The notes under the pieces were generated by a model. It saw only the letters and a program-made list of their open reading frames with translations, made no database searches and was not told the DNA's origin. A stretch of DNA of 64,000 nucleotides from assembly GCA_963702435.1 (NCBI GenBank), contig CAVPCR010000001.1:192001-256000 (forward strand), read 5' to 3'. Shown piece by piece: positions 9,714-18,386 of the stretch. Source of the stretch: Candidatus Eiseniibacteriota bacterium (GTDB lineage: Bacteria > Eisenbacteria > RBG-16-71-46 > CAVPCR01). Numbering within the stretch: the stretch's first letter is position 1; every line of letters starts with the position of its first letter. Both the position numbers and the translations under genes were made by a program.

Positions 9714-10295
9714 CTAGCGTTGAGGAACAATGGAGCCTTCGAAGGTGATCCGCGGGTCATCCACGTTCACGAGTTCATGCAGCTCGTACACATTGTGATA
9801 GCCGTATCCGTAGAGGTTGACATATGTTGGGATGTTAAGTGCCATCATCAGCGGCTTGGCCTGCGCGTTGAACTGGGCGGTTATGGTGCGGCCCGCGCTC
9901 GGTGCGGGCATGGCGACCTTGGATGCGAAATCCGTCTGATTGCCCTCGAAGTTGTTGTTGCAGTAGATCAACACTCTCGTCTCGAAGGAGGGAATGACTG
10001 TCGCCAGATTGTCCTGAGTGAAGTCGGTAAAGCTCAGGTGCTGCGCTCCCTTCACATGAATGCGTTCGTAACGAAACGTCGAGCGAGTATCCAAGATGAC
10101 TGTCCCCGGCTCCTTGCTCATCTTCAGGAACGTGTCAAGGTCGATCAGGCGGCTTGCGCGATGGGTCTCGACCTCGGCAACCAGGTGCTTGAAGTCATCA
10201 AAGCTGACTTTGGCCCTCGGGTAGGTCTGGTCCTGGGCGAAGGCCGCAGCGGCTACAAGCAGAATGCCGGACGCGACGAGTGTCTTCGCGCGCAT
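9714..10295 (-). CDS. exported rhodanese-like domain protein
   Basis: Signal peptide, ILDTRS...HVKGA, LIYCNNNF. Confidence 0.88.
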   Translation of the reverse strand: MRAKTLVASGILLVAAAAFAQDQTYPRAKVSFDDFKHLVAEVETHRASRLIDLDTFLKMSKEPGTVILDTRSTFRYERIHVKGAQHLSFTDFTQDNLATVIPSFETRVLIYCNNNFEGNQTDFASKVAMPAPSAGRTITAQFNAQAKPLMMALNIPTYVNLYGYGYHNVYELHELVNVDDPRITFEGSIVPQR

Positions 10296-10334
10296 GATCC
10301 GTCCCTCCAGTAGTGGTCCATACACTCTCAGCCT

Positions 10335-10400
10335 GCCGAACGTATCGCTCAGCCGTGGCGACGTGGGAGCGCCGGCATCGGATGGAACGAGTTGTTGCGC
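10335..10400 (-). mobile_element. attC-like site (66 bp)
   Basis: Minus strand GCGCAAC-aactcgttccatccgatgccggcg...cgtcgccacggctgagcgatac-GTTCGGC. Confidence 0.65.
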
Positions 10401-10743
10401 AGTACTCGTTCAGTCGAATGACGCAGGCGGGGAGCTTACCGCGTATAGCTTTGCGCCACACACATCATCACCGGCGTCCCGCAGGGTCGGGAGCGCGGGG
10501 GGCGCGGACCAACCCGCCCGAAACCGAGGAAGGGGCTACTCGGCCGCCGCACCCGGAGCCCCCTCAAGAGAACGGGACTGAGGCCAGCCGCTGGCCAGGA
10601 GCGGGGCGCTGGCTCATACTGGGGTTCAGTCGCCGGGGCCTTTGCGGCCGCCCCCCGAAGAGAGGGCCACGCAGGCCCGGGCGCCCCCCCGGCGATGGTA
10701 GAGTACGCGCGCGTGCGCGGCCGAGATATGTGAAGGAGGAGCC

Positions 10744-11220
10744 ATGGTGTCACGTGGCGCGATCCAGGATTTCCTCGCGCAGAAGAACCTTGCTGTCGTC
10801 GGGGTTTCGCGACAGGGCAAGAAGTTCGGAAACGTGGCCTACCGCGAACTCCGAGCCAGAGGCTATCGCCTCTTCGCGCTCCACCCGAGCGCGACCGAGC
10901 TCGAAGGCGACCGCGCGTATCAGAGCTTCGAGGCTTTGCCGGAGTCCGTGGGGGGAGTGCTGATCGTGCTCCCGCCGGCGGAGACCGCACGCATCGTGCG
11001 CATGGCGGCGCACGCCGGGATCGGACGCGTCTGGATGCAGCAGGGCGCGGAGTCGCCTGACGCGATCCGCTTCTGTGCCGAGAACGGAATCGAAGCAGTG
11101 CACGGTCACTGCATTCTCATGTTCGCCGAGCCCGTGCGATCCGTTCACCGCGTCCACCGCTGGATCTGGCAAGTGCTCGGGAAGCTCCCGGGTCCAGTCC
11201 TGACGTGTCATAAGTCCTGA
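10744..11220 (+). CDS. CoA-binding protein (YccU-like)
   Basis: AVVGVSR..KKFGN, VWMQQGAES, GHCILMF; AAGGAGG RBS. Confidence 0.92.
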   Translation: MVSRGAIQDFLAQKNLAVVGVSRQGKKFGNVAYRELRARGYRLFALHPSATELEGDRAYQSFEALPESVGGVLIVLPPAETARIVRMAAHAGIGRVWMQQGAESPDAIRFCAENGIEAVHGHCILMFAEPVRSVHRVHRWIWQVLGKLPGPVLTCHKS

Positions 11221-11267
11221 GGGAGACCTGTAGGTCCCCCCCCAACGCAAGATGCCGCGACCCTCGC

Positions 11268-11364
11268 GACCCACATCGCTTAAGTTGCGCGGCGCGCCGA
11301 CGAAACGCGCATACGAGAGAAGGAAGTCACTCGCCGGCGCGTCCGCTCGACCGCGAGGTTAGAT
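11268..11364 (-). mobile_element. attC-like site after the VOC gene
   Basis: Minus strand ATCTAAC-ctcgcggtcgagcggacgcgccggcga...tcgtcggcgcgccgcgcaact; abuts the stop codon; R' decayed. Confidence 0.7.
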
Positions 11365-11738
11365 CAGGCCGTGTCTGGCAGCTCGACCAGTTGAAGGCCG
11401 TTCCCGGATGGATCCTGGAAGGTTGCAAGAACTCCGCCCCAGAACTGCTTTTCCGGTGGTCCGGTGAAAGGTACGCCAAGAGCCTGTAGCTCCTTGTGCT
11501 TCGCGGAAGCGTCCTGAACCTTGAACGAGAGGCCGGTGAAGCGCCCGACAAGGGCTCTGTCCTCTTCAGGTGCGTCGTCGGCCACGGCCTCGATGACGAG
11601 GTCTGTGCCTCCGGACCTGAAGACGCAGTAGCCGTACTGAGTCCCATCTGCCTTGATTGGCAAACCCAGGATCTCCACGTAGAAGCGCCTGGCGGCAACG
11701 ATGTCCCGGACGAATACGCGTGCGGCGCTCAGTTCCAT
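11364..11738 (-). CDS. VOC/glyoxalase family protein
   Basis: VRDIVAARRFY..LGL, PEKQFWGG, FQDPSGNGLQL; AAGGAG RBS. Confidence 0.92.
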   Translation of the reverse strand: MELSAARVFVRDIVAARRFYVEILGLPIKADGTQYGYCVFRSGGTDLVIEAVADDAPEEDRALVGRFTGLSFKVQDASAKHKELQALGVPFTGPPEKQFWGGVLATFQDPSGNGLQLVELPDTA

Positions 11739-11847
11739 TTCGACTCCTTGGCCAGCGGCCAGAGACCGGCCAGATAGCTCTCGGCGGCCCTGAGAGACGT
11801 AGCGAGTCCCTCCTGTGCCTACCGAGTGCGGAAGCGTTCCATCGGCG

Positions 11848-11907
11848 GCCCAACCACCAGCATCAGCGGCGGCGCAAGGCGCCGTCCGCCGCATGGTGCC
11901 GTTAGAC
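11848..11907 (-). mobile_element. attC site (60 bp, canonical)
   Basis: Minus strand GTCTAAC-ggcaccatgcggcggacggcgccttgcgccgccgctgatgctggtg-GTTGGGC; the upstream gene's TAA stop lies inside R''. Confidence 0.9.
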
Positions 11908-12525
11908 GCGCTCTTCCTTCTCTCCCGCACATCTGCGACCGAAGACGCGCGCCAGCAGCACGCAGACCACGGGAAGCATCACGGCGTATCCAAACACCCC
12001 AATGAGCTGCAGCCGCATGTTGCCCACCGCCGGCCCAACTGCGCCAACGAGGCAGAGCCCGCCGCATAGAACGAGCACCCTGCGAACCAACCGCTCGAGT
12101 CCATCCCTGAAGAACAGCGGAGCGGCGAACAACAGGGCCAGCCCGAGGAAGATGTCCCAGGCCAGGAGTTCCGCGGCGTAGACTCGAGAAGGCCATGCGA
12201 TTCCGCCTCCGCCCGTCTGGCGGGCAGCGGTCAGCTCTACGAAGTGGACCGTACTGGTTACCCCTGCGCAGAGGGTGGCGAACGCAAGAGCAGAGAAGCC
12301 GAAGGTCCTCCTGCTCGGCGACGACCCGTCCTGAATGGAGGCCATCAACGTCACGAGGGGTGCGGCCGACAGGAGCGTCAGGATCTCCATGATGGCAAGC
12401 ACCGGATCGGCGATCGGCTCCCGGAAGCCATGTCGGACGAAACCAGCAGCGAGCGTCAAGAGATAGCCCACGCCTACGCAGACGAGAGTGATCGCTGACC
12501 AGTAACCGACGCGGGAGTTCGTCAT
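11902..12525 (-). CDS. hypothetical multi-pass membrane protein (gene cassette)
   Basis: About 6 TM helices; bounded by attC-like sites. Confidence 0.8.
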   Translation of the reverse strand: MTNSRVGYWSAITLVCVGVGYLLTLAAGFVRHGFREPIADPVLAIMEILTLLSAAPLVTLMASIQDGSSPSRRTFGFSALAFATLCAGVTSTVHFVELTAARQTGGGGIAWPSRVYAAELLAWDIFLGLALLFAAPLFFRDGLERLVRRVLVLCGGLCLVGAVGPAVGNMRLQLIGVFGYAVMLPVVCVLLARVFGRRCAGEKEERV

Positions 12526-12548
12526 GGTCTGTTTGTGGGCTCCAGAGT

Positions 12549-12648
12549 CTCTAAGGCCTCGCCGCTCACCTGCGAGCGGCGCTCACGATCTTCGCGAATC
12601 TGCTCGGCGCGCCGGCGCCGCTCGTCGGCTGCAGCAAGGGAGCTGGGG
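12549..12648 (-). mobile_element. degenerate attC-like site
   Basis: Minus strand ctgcagccgacgagcggcgcc...gagcgccgctcgcaggtgagc inverted arms; R boxes decayed. Confidence 0.6.
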
Positions 12649-12819
12649 AAGCACCCAGGCGTCGAACTTCAACGCCGACAGCGTCGTGATGTTACGCACC
12701 GCGAAGCTGCCGACGTCGGAGATGCTGGCCGGCTCGCCACCGGGGGGGGTGACGCGCACCTCGCAGTTGTTCGCCGTCGGTCAAGCATGATCGCGATGCA
12801 ACGCTTCCTCGATGAGACA

Positions 12820-12952
12820 GCCCAACGCTGACCTCCGCCGCACCGGGCGGCCGGCTCGCCATCGCGCACCTCGGCCCCGCCCGCGGATGGCTTGCCCGCA
12901 CGCCACCCCCCGGGGCCGCGGCATGCAGCCGCTACCGGCGCAGCCGTTGCGC
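12820..12952 (-). mobile_element. possible decayed attC
   Basis: Minus strand GCGCAAC...GTTGGGC bounding an intergenic GC-rich stretch; inner arms poor. Confidence 0.35.
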
Positions 12953-12996
12953 CGACTCCAAGGCTCGCATGGCAACACCGCGCGCCCGCCCGGTGA

Positions 12997-13311
12997 TCAC
13001 CGTTCACTGTCTCGCGGAGCCGGGCGCGCCGGCCGCTTTCGGAGCCAGAGCCCGGTCAGGAAGACCACGGCCAGCGTCGGCAACACGATGTAGGCCACGA
13101 TCGGTCCGATATCCGGTCCTGAGCGCAGCGCCCTCACGAAGAAGTCCTGGTCTCTCACGATCCGCTCGACCAGGAAGGCAACGGCCACGAACTCCAGCAT
13201 TCCGACGACGGCGAAGCCAATCCGCGCGCCGAGCGGCTTCCCTGCCGCTGAGGCGCACCAATAGAACCACGCCGCGCAGGCCATGAACACCAAGAAGAAG
13301 TACGGGTGCAT
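12997..13311 (-). CDS. hypothetical membrane protein
   Basis: 3 TM helices; GGAGG RBS. Confidence 0.7.
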   Translation of the reverse strand: MHPYFFLVFMACAAWFYWCASAAGKPLGARIGFAVVGMLEFVAVAFLVERIVRDQDFFVRALRSGPDIGPIVAYIVLPTLAVVFLTGLWLRKRPARPAPRDSER

Positions 13312-13415
13312 ATCAGCCTCCCGTGGTTTGCTGCACAGATTGCGGAATCACTTCGCGCAGCCGGCGGTGGATCGGGCGACCATCGCGCACAAGAGCGGTC
13401 GCGGCTCGCCGCCGC

Positions 13416-13732
13416 CTACGGCGGCAACACGCTCCCGCAGAGCTCGATGAACCTGCCAGCACGGAACCGCGCTCCGAGGGTGTGCTCTTCGTCCCAGGCG
13501 CTCGTGTAGCCAAGCTCGGTCGTGAGCACCCCATCGAGCGGCGTGACCGCGACAAACTCGAGCGACACATGCGGCCACACCTCCCCTGGCGCGGCGATCC
13601 TCGGGAGGGTCGCGTCCGATTCCTCGAGCCCACCCGCGGCCAGCGCCTCAGCGCACGGCTCATGGTGCGCGAAGAGGGCCGTCTCGATGGCCGGGCGCCA
13701 TGCTGCGAGCAGGGCTTGAAGAGGCCGAACAT
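13416..13732 (-). pseudogene. internally deleted/frameshifted hypothetical gene (DUF6985-like C-terminus)
   Basis: RBS plus ATG MFGLFK in one frame; ...AWDEEHTLGARF...ELCGSVLPP in another. Confidence 0.55.
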
Positions 13733-13759
13733 CGTCCTTACCTCCATCCAGCCTGGTCG

Positions 13760-13831
13760 CATCAAGCCCGGTCGGTCCCGTGCTCCTGCAACAACGACTT
13801 GAGGACGGAGCGGTGGCAACGCTCCTCGTCG
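13760..13831 (-). pseudogene. 3' fragment of a DUF488 gene
   Basis: Near-identical to about 21151-21221 (DEERCHRSVLKSLLQE). Confidence 0.8.
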
Positions 13832-13873
13832 GACCACGCGCCTCATCGTGCTGCATGGGTCCGCGGCGGGCAG

Positions 13874-14092
13874 TTACACCAAGGTTGCACCTTGCGCCGC
13901 CCCGGGCCGGGCCACAGCATTGATCCGCTGCACCGTTGCGCCGTCCAGTCGAATTGCCGAGGCCTTCGCGTTCTCATCGACTCGTTCCGGGCGACGGGTA
14001 CCTGGGATTGGAACAACGTCTGGTCCCTGATGCAGAAGCCAGGCCAGCGCCAACTGCGCCGGAGTAACCCCCAACTCCCTTGCGATGTCCAT
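13874..14092 (-). pseudogene. aldo/keto reductase C-terminal remnant
   Basis: IARELGVTPAQLALAWLLHQG..VVPIPGTRRPERVDEN; N-terminal ~250 aa absent. Confidence 0.85.
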
Positions 14093-14163
14093 GAATTACC
14101 CGGCTCCCGCTTCTCAATCATGACCAACGTCCCCTTGTCGACGGTTCGATTGACTACCTGGAA

Positions 14164-14556
14164 TCAGGCTCCACTGGGTGCTGCGACTTCAATCTTGATT
14201 CGATCCGGATCTTCGCAGTACATTGCATAGTAGGTGGGGCCGCCGGCATAGGGGTACTCTGATTCGTACAGAGTCGTGTAGCCGTTCGCCTTTACCCACG
14301 AAGCGATCTCATCTACATGGGCACGCGAATCGGCCTGAAAGGCGAGGTGGTTCAGTCCAACTCGCTTGCGATGGTAGCCTGCTGCAAGGTGCTCGCGGGG
14401 TGCCGGCAGGAAACAGAAATAGGCATGGCCTTCCTTGATGAAGTTCATGCCGCCCGACCAGCGGTCGGCTCTATAGCCGAGCTTCGCCATGAAGGGCGAC
14501 CAGAAGGCAACGGACCTCTCGAGGTCGCCCACATAGATCTCGACGTGGTGCAGCAA
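14164..14556 (-). CDS. VOC/glyoxalase family protein
   Basis: LHHVEIYVGDLERS, GLNHLAF, EDPDRIKIE. Confidence 0.92.
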   Translation of the reverse strand: MLHHVEIYVGDLERSVAFWSPFMAKLGYRADRWSGGMNFIKEGHAYFCFLPAPREHLAAGYHRKRVGLNHLAFQADSRAHVDEIASWVKANGYTTLYESEYPYAGGPTYYAMYCEDPDRIKIEVAAPSGA

Positions 14557-14686
14557 GTTTGGCTCCTATCTGAACGCAGTTGGCGGGATTTCTGGCGCAG
14601 AGTCGAGGGCGTGCGCCGCGGCGGCGGACCGCGGAGCTGGCCGCCTGCTTGATCGCGGTGCCTGGCCTGGGCGCACCACTCGCGCC

Positions 14687-15097
14687 TCAGAGGAAGAGAC
14701 CAACACAGCTGACGCCTACCCCCAGAGGAATGAGAATACCCGAAAGGCGCATGAGCTCCCGATTCGACGTCCGGAAATCGCTGCCCCGCGCTTCGCTGGC
14801 CTCGCGATCGAGCGCCCGCCGTGCTGCGGGAACTGCGTGTGCCAACGCGTTGCCAATGATCATGGCGAGGGGGCACCAGGCAAAGAGGAGTCCGGTCGCG
14901 ATCAGAACGCCACCGATCGATTCGGGCAACACGACGAACTGGGCATGCGGGTGGATGATGCGATAGATGTGCCCCATGACGCTGGCCGAGAGCCACCAAC
15001 CTGCGAACCACGGAACGACCGCGGCGGGGATCAAGAGAAGATTCCACCGGCTCTTCCGTCCTCTTGCTCGCCCACGCGCCTGGTTCCAGTAGTTCAT
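14687..15097 (-). CDS. hypothetical membrane protein (paralog of 4797..5213)
   Basis: RKSRWNLLLIP, SIGGVLIA, VPAARRALDRE. Confidence 0.8.
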   Translation of the reverse strand: MNYWNQARGRARGRKSRWNLLLIPAAVVPWFAGWWLSASVMGHIYRIIHPHAQFVVLPESIGGVLIATGLLFAWCPLAMIIGNALAHAVPAARRALDREASEARGSDFRTSNRELMRLSGILIPLGVGVSCVGLFL

Positions 15098-15344
15098 TCT
15101 CTGCGCCTGTCGCCCCAGCACCCGTGTCGTGGGCAGGGGCCGCGAAAGGGACCCCAGCCGATCGAATGGCCTGTTCGTTAGACTACCGAGAGGTCATGCG
15201 CGGTTCGCGCCCCGCAGGCCGCGCTTCGCCCCGTCGCCGGCGCGCGCCGGCTACGGGACACTCCTTCCTCACCGCCTCACGGGACGCTGGCCACACCGGC
15301 CTCGAGCCGCGGCGAGCGGCGGCTGCGAGCACCGGCGGTACCGC

Positions 15345-16193
15345 TCAGACCGCCCCGCCGAGACTCTCTCCGGCGTCTCCGACGTCTCCGACGACTCCGA
15401 CGACTCGCCCGCGGCGAACGCGCCACGGCCGCCGCCCGCCATACGGAACGCTCTCCGCCCGAACCCCCGGCGCGCCGACGAGCGCCACCGCGCTCGCGTC
15501 GACTTCCACCCCCGCCCCGAACCGGAGGAGCGACACGTTCAGGACCAGGCGCACCCGACGCCGCTTGACCCAGGCGACCCGGCCGAGGACCCCCGCGAGC
15601 TCTCCGCGGACCACCCGCACGAGCATCCCGCGCTCGAGCGCGGGACCCGCCAAGAGATCGACGCCCGCCGCGATCGCCGTCCGGATCTGTCGGAGCTCAT
15701 CCAACAGCGATGCCGGATCCGGGACCGGGATGAGGCGGGCGATCGCTCCACTCTCGAAGAGGAGCGCACGCGCCCGGGGGTCGAGCGAGGCGAACACGTA
15801 ACCCGGAATGAGCGGCACGGTGGCGGGGCGGCGCGAGGAGTGACCGCGCCCCCCACGTCCGGGCTCTTTCTCGCACAGAGGGAGATAGTGGCGGACACCC
15901 AGGCAATCGCAGACCCGGGCCGCCTTCTTTTCCGAGCGGGAGCGCGTGTGGAGCACGATCCACCGCTCGCCGGGTAGTGCGGGGTCGAGGAGATCGGGGG
16001 GGTCGAGGGGCGGGGGTTCAGCGAGGTCAGCCGGTGCCGGCGATCCCGCGGGATCGCGGTGCTCGACCGCGGGCGCCGCGGTCTCCGCTCCCGGCAGGAG
16101 AAGAGCCCCCGCCTCGCTCGTCGCCGGCGCGGCCCCGGTTGGTATCGATCTCTGGCGCGTCATCGGCGGCGCGGGGGCGGGCTCCATCCCCAC
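15345..16193 (-). CDS. NusG-paralog transcription antiterminator (RfaH/UpxY-like); start uncertain
   Basis: NGN domain WIVLHTRSRSEKK...YLPL...PLIPGYVF and KOW-like GMLVRVVRGELAGVLG...LVLNVSLL. Confidence 0.88.
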   Translation of the reverse strand: MGMEPAPAPPMTRQRSIPTGAAPATSEAGALLLPGAETAAPAVEHRDPAGSPAPADLAEPPPLDPPDLLDPALPGERWIVLHTRSRSEKKAARVCDCLGVRHYLPLCEKEPGRGGRGHSSRRPATVPLIPGYVFASLDPRARALLFESGAIARLIPVPDPASLLDELRQIRTAIAAGVDLLAGPALERGMLVRVVRGELAGVLGRVAWVKRRRVRLVLNVSLLRFGAGVEVDASAVALVGAPGVRAESVPYGGRRPWRVRRGRVVGVVGDVGDAGESLGGAV

Positions 16194-16255
16194 CTCGATC
16201 GGGCTCGTCTACCATCCTCTGTGGGAGCTTGGACTTCTACCTGGAACCAATCGCT

Positions 16256-16284
16256 AACGTAACAAACGGATTGGGGTTCCGCAA
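16256..16284 (-). promoter_or_regulatory. sigma70-type promoter upstream of the NusG paralog
   Basis: Minus strand TTGCGG-N17-TACGTT in an AT-richer patch with an imperfect inverted repeat (ggaaccaatc...gattggggttcc). Confidence 0.5.
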
Positions 16285-16517
16285 GCAACTGCCCGTCGCT
16301 TCCCCCTTCGGTGTCAAACGTTGCCCCAGCCCGGCAGCGCGGCCGCCTGCTGCACCCACCTCGCCATCCGGGCCTCGTCGAGATCGTACTCGTGGATGTC
16401 GACCCAGCGCGCGTCCCGGCCCCTTCCCCCGGGCGGTACGGGTCGGCGTCCGATGTCGCGTTTCCATCCGGGCATGTGTCGGGACGTCCCGCCTGGCCCG
16501 CGGGCGGGACCGGTTGG

Positions 16518-16841
16518 TCATGACCCGACCGTTCGCTTGCGAATGAACTCCCCGACATGGGCGCCGGCCAGGGCGAACGGAATCGCGAGGAGAGCGCCGG
16601 TCCCTCCGGGGAGTTCTGCCGCCAGAATGGGGACCACCACGAGCGCTGTCGCCAACCACGGAGGGATTCGAGCAAGCGAGCCCGCTGCCGCCGCGATCGC
16701 GAGCGCTCCCGCAGTCATCCCCGTGTCATCCCATCCCGGTCGGGTGTCGACCCAGGCGATGGCCAGGCCAGCCGCGAGAATCACTGCGGACTTGAGCACC
16801 ACCCACCGGGATCGCAACCGCGCCGGGTGCGCGGGCGCCAT
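16518..16841 (-). CDS. small membrane protein
   Basis: LAIAWVDTRPGWDDTGMTAG followed by TM helices; 3' part of ORF 16518..17153. Confidence 0.6.
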   Translation of the reverse strand: MAPAHPARLRSRWVVLKSAVILAAGLAIAWVDTRPGWDDTGMTAGALAIAAAAGSLARIPPWLATALVVVPILAAELPGGTGALLAIPFALAGAHVGEFIRKRTVGS

Positions 16842-16899
16842 CCGCAGTTCCTCCTCCTGCGTGCTGCCGGGGACTCTGCTCTCGTTCACATGGTCCTCC

Positions 16900-17153
16900 A
16901 TGCTCCAGGACCGCGTGCCGCTACCGCCCGCATCGATCTCCACCGGCATCCGGCCCGGATGCCGCGTCTCGAGCGGCCACCGGCCGTGGCCATCGCGCTT
17001 CGATCCGACCAGGGCGATCGCCTCGGCCACGCGACCGTCGGGGGCGACGTCTCGCATGGCTTGCCAGCGGATCGCTGGATCGGCATCGAGCAGCCATCCG
17101 ACAACCGATTCCTCCGCCCTCGGCCCTTGTTGCTCAGGCGAGTTCGTTGTCAT
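16900..17153 (-). pseudogene. internally deleted prenyltransferase/squalene-cyclase-like gene
   Basis: N-terminal WLLDADPAIRWQAMRD fused directly to C-terminal RVAEAIALVGSKRDGHGRWPLE. Confidence 0.6.
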
Positions 17154-17204
17154 CCGTTGGTTCTTGCCCCGGGCGGGGACGGCGATCGCCTCATTATCCC
17201 CTGG

Positions 17205-17561
17205 CTATCCAGTGCCCGCGTTCTCGGCCGGGCCCTCCCTGCGCCAGCCTCGTGATCCGTCGCGTCGACGGAACTCCGTTTCCTCCAGGAAGAAGCCCCG
17301 GGGAAAGACGAGGCCGCTCTTCACGGCCAGGTCGTACACGCGCGCCTCGGCTATCCCCTGATCCTCGAGCCAGTCCCTCCAGCGAGGCACCGCATAGGAC
17401 CACCAGAGCCACGCCGGGATCGTGCCTACGACGAGCCCGAGGAGGACCCCGGCGACCTTGCCGGTGACACCCCACCCGAGGAGCGCCGCGAGGACCATGA
17501 CGCCGAGGGCCGGCACGCTCACTCTCCGGTGGCCCGTCCACACCGCCTGGTCAGGTGTCAT
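17205..17561 (-). CDS. hypothetical membrane protein
   Basis: TM helices then WLWWSYAVPRWRDW...GFFLEETEFR; ATG overlaps the upstream stop. Confidence 0.7.
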   Translation of the reverse strand: MTPDQAVWTGHRRVSVPALGVMVLAALLGWGVTGKVAGVLLGLVVGTIPAWLWWSYAVPRWRDWLEDQGIAEARVYDLAVKSGLVFPRGFFLEETEFRRRDGSRGWRREGPAENAGTG

Positions 17562-18202
17562 GGCACCCGCGTCCCGCCGCCAGCTGGCGGTTGTAGCCGC
17601 TTCATCGAAGTGACCCTTGGACTCGGCGTTGAGCCCCTCCGCGTCAAAGGTCCACTCCTCGCAGCCGCCGAGGGGAAAGCCCTCGCCTTGGCGGCGTTGA
17701 ACTCCGCCGACCCGCCCCGGGGGATGCTCTGGGTCCGCCACGATTCCCCCGCGAGATGCATGGCCAGGAACACGATCTGCCCGGCATGCCATGCGTAGTG
17801 GGCGAGCTGGCGGTCGATCGCTGCGAAGACGGTGTGGGGTTCCGCGCGAATCAGGACCGTCCGCTCGAGGTCCGCGTCGGTCAGGGTCGAGAGCGCCCGG
17901 AACAGCGAGGACCAGCCCGCCTCCCAGCGCGTGAGGAGAGCGTCCCGGGCGAGGCCCGCCGGATCCTCGAACTCAGTGTCCCGCTCGCGGTCCGGCTTCT
18001 CGCCGTCCGTGGTCAGGAAGTCTGTCCAGCGTGAGCGCATGTTGCCCGAGAGATGGAGGAGCAAGGTGACGATGCTGTTCGATCCGGGGTCGAGCCGGCG
18101 CCCCCAGTGGTCTTCCGGCACCTGCGCGATCGCGCGGTCGCACTGCTCCCGGAGCTCGCGAAAGCGCGCGATCACATCGGTGAGATACGCGTCGCCGTTC
18201 AT
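17558..18202 (-). CDS. DUF1572/DinB-family protein with a read-through C-terminal extension
   Basis: SNSIVTLLLHLSGNMRSRWTDFLTTDGEKPDRERDTEF, QLAHYAWHAGQI. Confidence 0.9.
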   Translation of the reverse strand: MNGDAYLTDVIARFRELREQCDRAIAQVPEDHWGRRLDPGSNSIVTLLLHLSGNMRSRWTDFLTTDGEKPDRERDTEFEDPAGLARDALLTRWEAGWSSLFRALSTLTDADLERTVLIRAEPHTVFAAIDRQLAHYAWHAGQIVFLAMHLAGESWRTQSIPRGGSAEFNAAKARAFPSAAARSGPLTRRGSTPSPRVTSMKRLQPPAGGGTRVP

Positions 18203-18386
18203 GGGCAACCTCCAACCGGGGCGGCGGCGCCCGGCTGACTGACCACCGTCGAGAAAAGCATGGCAAGATCTCCCGCTACGGGACCCAGCCGGGCAGTGCG
18301 GCCGACCTCATGACTGATCCCCATCCAAGAACGCGACCCCCCAGCGCTTCCGGGGGTTGTCGAAGTCATATTCGTAGTCGCAGCGG

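Noticed and set aside
18308..18385. pRiA4b ORF3-like fragment (YEYDFD)
   Set aside because: Motif too short to support a call.
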